Below, one piece after another: positions 17,331 to 19,885 of a DNA stretch of 19,885 nucleotides (positions are counted from its first letter, which is position 1; each line of letters opens with the position of its first letter). The position numbers and the translations under genes were made by a program. The stretch comes from a bacterium. Its GTDB lineage: Bacteria > Hydrothermota > 32-111. Below the pieces are notes generated by a model, which worked only from the letters and a program-made list of their open reading frames with translations, had not been told where the DNA came from and did not search any database. The stretch spans positions 1 through 19,885 of the forward strand of contig JBFXGO010000039.1 of assembly GCA_050239825.1 (NCBI GenBank). The letters are read 5' to 3'.

Positions 17331-17972
17331 TCACTTTGACTTAAATGCAATAGAGAGCCCCACTCCCATTTGATTCCTCTGCCAGAAATCAAGGATTTCA
17401 CCATTGTATTCTATTTTATAGGTATTTGAATGTCGGCCTGACACAAAAGGCATTACGATAAAATGCTTCCCAATTGTAAACTCATATGCTGCTCTTGCAT
17501 AGGTTGAGTTTATTCTATAGCTATAACTATCGGGAGGACTTCCTGCGTGATTTTGCGCAGTGCCGATTGTCAATGAAAATGCCTTTTTCAAGAAGCAAAT
17601 GTTTCCATTCCATTCAATTGGATATTCATTCAGAAACCCAACACTGCCTCCCAGTGATACTCCGTCTATCACAATCGCATTAAAATTGAATTGTTTTCTT
17701 GCGCTGATCGCTATCATATACGGTAGAACATAAGCTGATCTCAGTTCTATCCCTCCGTCAAAACCTCCTCCAAATCCGAACCTCGAATATAATGAACTAT
17801 AAACTGCCATTTCCATACCCCAGTCCCAACGTCTCTCTACATGCGTTCCCAATCCTATATAGATTCCTCCTTTGTCAAGCACCCGTGAAGGATAATATAT
17901 CATCGACAGACAGCTGGTTGATGTAAGAGCAGTCACTATTAACAGCATTGCAAGAATGTGTTTATTCTTCAT
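17331..17972 (-). CDS. Putative outer-membrane lipoprotein / beta-barrel-like hypothetical protein (213 aa)
   Basis: SD GGAGGT 5 nt before ATG 17972; signal MKNKHILAMLLIVTALTSTSC with lipobox-like Cys; Gly/aromatic alternating strands. Confidence 0.65.
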   Translation of the reverse strand: MKNKHILAMLLIVTALTSTSCLSMIYYPSRVLDKGGIYIGLGTHVERRWDWGMEMAVYSSLYSRFGFGGGFDGGIELRSAYVLPYMIAISARKQFNFNAIVIDGVSLGGSVGFLNEYPIEWNGNICFLKKAFSLTIGTAQNHAGSPPDSYSYRINSTYARAAYEFTIGKHFIVMPFVSGRHSNTYKIEYNGEILDFWQRNQMGVGLSIAFKSK

Positions 17973-17997
17973 CTTCCACCTCCCTATATCTGCATCA

Positions 17998-18699
17998 TCA
18001 GAATACTCCAAACTGCATTCCCAATCTTACTCCTGCTGTCATTATATGATAGTCATTAGGATAATATTCCGCATATGGCTTATCTGCGAGCAAAAGCAAA
18101 GCACTTGAAATTTGAACTTCTACAAATGGATTAATCTTCATTTGCCCACAATCAATACCTTTCAAACAATACATATAAAACACGCCACAACCTATCCCAT
18201 TAGCATTGTCATAAATACTATCAATCAATGACGATTGAAGTTTTATAAAGGAATATTCAAAAATCATCCCCACTGTTTGGTTATTATAACAATAATTAGC
18301 ATTCAGAGCATATGCTATTTTGCTTTCTACTACTGTTGGATAAATATAATAAATAGTCCAATGTTTGTTATTCTCAAGATTTGCCCATCCAAATGATAAT
18401 GCTGCCCCATAGTTTTTCCAAATATTATTTACCCCAATTGTAATTTTTGAATCAAAATACAATGTACTCAAAGCAATGAATTTTAATCTTTCATATAGAC
18501 CATCATTATCTAAAGGATAATCAGGCGAATATGAAAAATACTTCCCTGGATACATACTCCCGCCTGCAATGCTAACCCAATACTTTGATGGTGTGTCAGA
18601 TATAACAAATGGATTACTCAATCTATAATTAGTAGATTCTCCAAAAACTAATACAAACAACACCAAAATCGCAACCGCCAAAATCACTTTTCTACTCAT
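17998..18699 (-). CDS. Putative outer-membrane beta-barrel hypothetical protein (233 aa)
   Basis: Signal peptide MSRKVILAVAILVLFVLVFG from ATG 18699; amphipathic strands; C-terminal ...VRLGMQFGVF ending in Phe. Confidence 0.6.
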   Translation of the reverse strand: MSRKVILAVAILVLFVLVFGESTNYRLSNPFVISDTPSKYWVSIAGGSMYPGKYFSYSPDYPLDNDGLYERLKFIALSTLYFDSKITIGVNNIWKNYGAALSFGWANLENNKHWTIYYIYPTVVESKIAYALNANYCYNNQTVGMIFEYSFIKLQSSLIDSIYDNANGIGCGVFYMYCLKGIDCGQMKINPFVEVQISSALLLLADKPYAEYYPNDYHIMTAGVRLGMQFGVF

Positions 18700-18879
18700 A
18701 CCTTCTTGCCTCCATTTGATAAAATAATAGCATATCAAATGCAATTTGTAAATATATTAGAGTTTATTTAAATTGGATGCTTTTGAAATAAAACGGGAAT
18801 CCTTAAACGAATTTTGCAACTGGTTTACTGAAAATGAGGCACCGAACCTTGACTTATTTCTTAACTGACAGTTTTTGTG

Positions 18880-19764
18880 TCACTTAATTTTGACCAGTTT
18901 CCCCTTCTGTGTCCTGTCATTATCTTCAATCTGTATGAAGTATATGCCATTCTTTAAATGTCTGATGTCTGTTCTGTGTATCCATGTTGTTTTCGATTCC
19001 TCTTTTATCACTTCTCTGCCAGATAGATCATAAATTGTCAATGACCCTTTATCCGTTGTATTCCATAATATATATTGGCTATTAATCGTTGGGACAGTAC
19101 AAGTGCTGTCCCCTATGCTCACGGCACAAGGCTCAAGGTTTTCTGCTATCGGCTCATGGCTTTCTTGTATCCCGTTCACAACTGCTGTCGAGTCTTCAAA
19201 TATGTATGTACCGTATTCAAATAATGCATCTCCTGTGCCTGAAAATATAATCTCATCATAGCCATTCAGGTTAAAGTCATGGCAGGTTACATGACTTTCT
19301 ATCAAATCATAAGTAGGGCATGTCCATTCCCATATTGCTACTATTGAGTCATTACCAAGCACATCATAAGCCCTTACTGTCCTACCTCCGCATATCACCA
19401 ATTCCTCCAAGCTGTCTCCGTCTATATCTCCGTATGTCATGTTATTTGCATAAACAAACATGTTGTCATACCCTACAAGTATTGAGTCCTCCCATATTAT
19501 TTCCATCTTCCCTGTCCCTGTTGTATCCTCAACAAGATAATAACCATAACAATGTTGAGACGGAGTTGCATGCTTTAAATTATAGAAGCCTATCTCCTGT
19601 TTACTATCTTCATCTATGTCTGGGTATATTAAGAGTCCATACGGTGGAGCCGCAAGGTTGTCTTGTGTTGACCATCTCCATTTTATGACAAAAGAGTCAG
19701 CCAAAGTGTCCTGTGCCTCAAAATCAAGCAAATTGCCATGCATCACTATCATCACATCACAAGC
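18880..19764 (-). pseudogene. 3' part of an FG-GAP-repeat protein with T9SS-type C-terminal sorting domain, interrupted at its 5' end
   Basis: DIDEDSKQEI, GDIDGDSLEELVI and DFNLNGYDEIIF repeats; CTD LTIYDLSGREV...LKNGIYFIQI...KLVKIK. No signal peptide or SD; the frame runs into IS-like sequence and stops at 19798-19800. Confidence 0.7.
19088..19161 (-). repeat. Heptamer repeats plus GGGACAG palindrome embedded in coding sequence
   Basis: Minus strand: AGCCATG AGCCGAT AGCAGAA AACCTTG AGCCTTG TGCCGTG AGC ATAG GGGACAG CACTTGTA CTGTCCC AAC. Confidence 0.75.
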
Positions 19765-19885
19765 ATATAATGAAAGAGTGTCTAAGTTCTTGCGATTTTA
19801 TTTAAGTGGTAATAGAATTGCAAGAAAACAAGGAGGTTTATATGCTGTACGGCGGAATAGACATTCACAAGAGTTACTCGGTGAT
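19764..19885 (+). mobile_element. Left end of an IS110-family (IS1111-like) element; boundary approximate
   Basis: TATAAT at 19766-19771 next to the inferred end, ~80 bp leader, strong SD, then a transposase-like start. Confidence 0.65.
19842..19885 (+). CDS. IS110-family DEDD transposase, N-terminal 14 codons (runs off the window)
   Basis: AAGGAGG SD, then MLYGGIDIHKSYSV, matching the Y.GIDxHK..S.V start of IS110 transposases. Too short for the ORF track. Confidence 0.75.
   Translation, partial: MLYGGIDIHKSYSV

Noticed and set aside
3434..19688. Many short antisense or alternate-frame ORFs (e.g. 4896-5567, 10183-10626, 12389-12820, 19320-19688)
   Set aside because: They are shadows of well-supported genes, with no motifs or translation signals.

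Overview
Bacterial chromosomal window of moderate GC content. A T9SS-type C-terminal domain suggests an FCB-related lineage, but this is tentative. Left to right: an IS630-family remnant (17-262); a PLP class I/II aminotransferase on + (348-1559) with a clear promoter and terminator; and a ~1.65 kb non-coding mosaic array (1769-3425). The array has five copies of a long GC-rich hairpin interleaved in a fixed order with three other palindromic modules, heptamer repeats and AT-rich linkers. Next is a tightly coupled 10-gene minus-strand operon: hutH-hutU-hutI-TPR-ExeA-like ATPase-SgmX-like TPR-ExeA-like ATPase-PHP-apgM-era. It is followed by a probably leaderless GT-C-like membrane glycosyltransferase, two putative outer-membrane proteins, and an FG-GAP/T9SS-CTD gene cut at its 5' end by an IS110/IS1111-like element at the right edge. 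The most unusual features are the modular structured array, an in-frame copy of its heptamer + palindrome inside the T9SS protein linker, and the duplicated TPR/ExeA-ATPase module. All calls come from reading the sequence by eye; no searches or folding programs were run.
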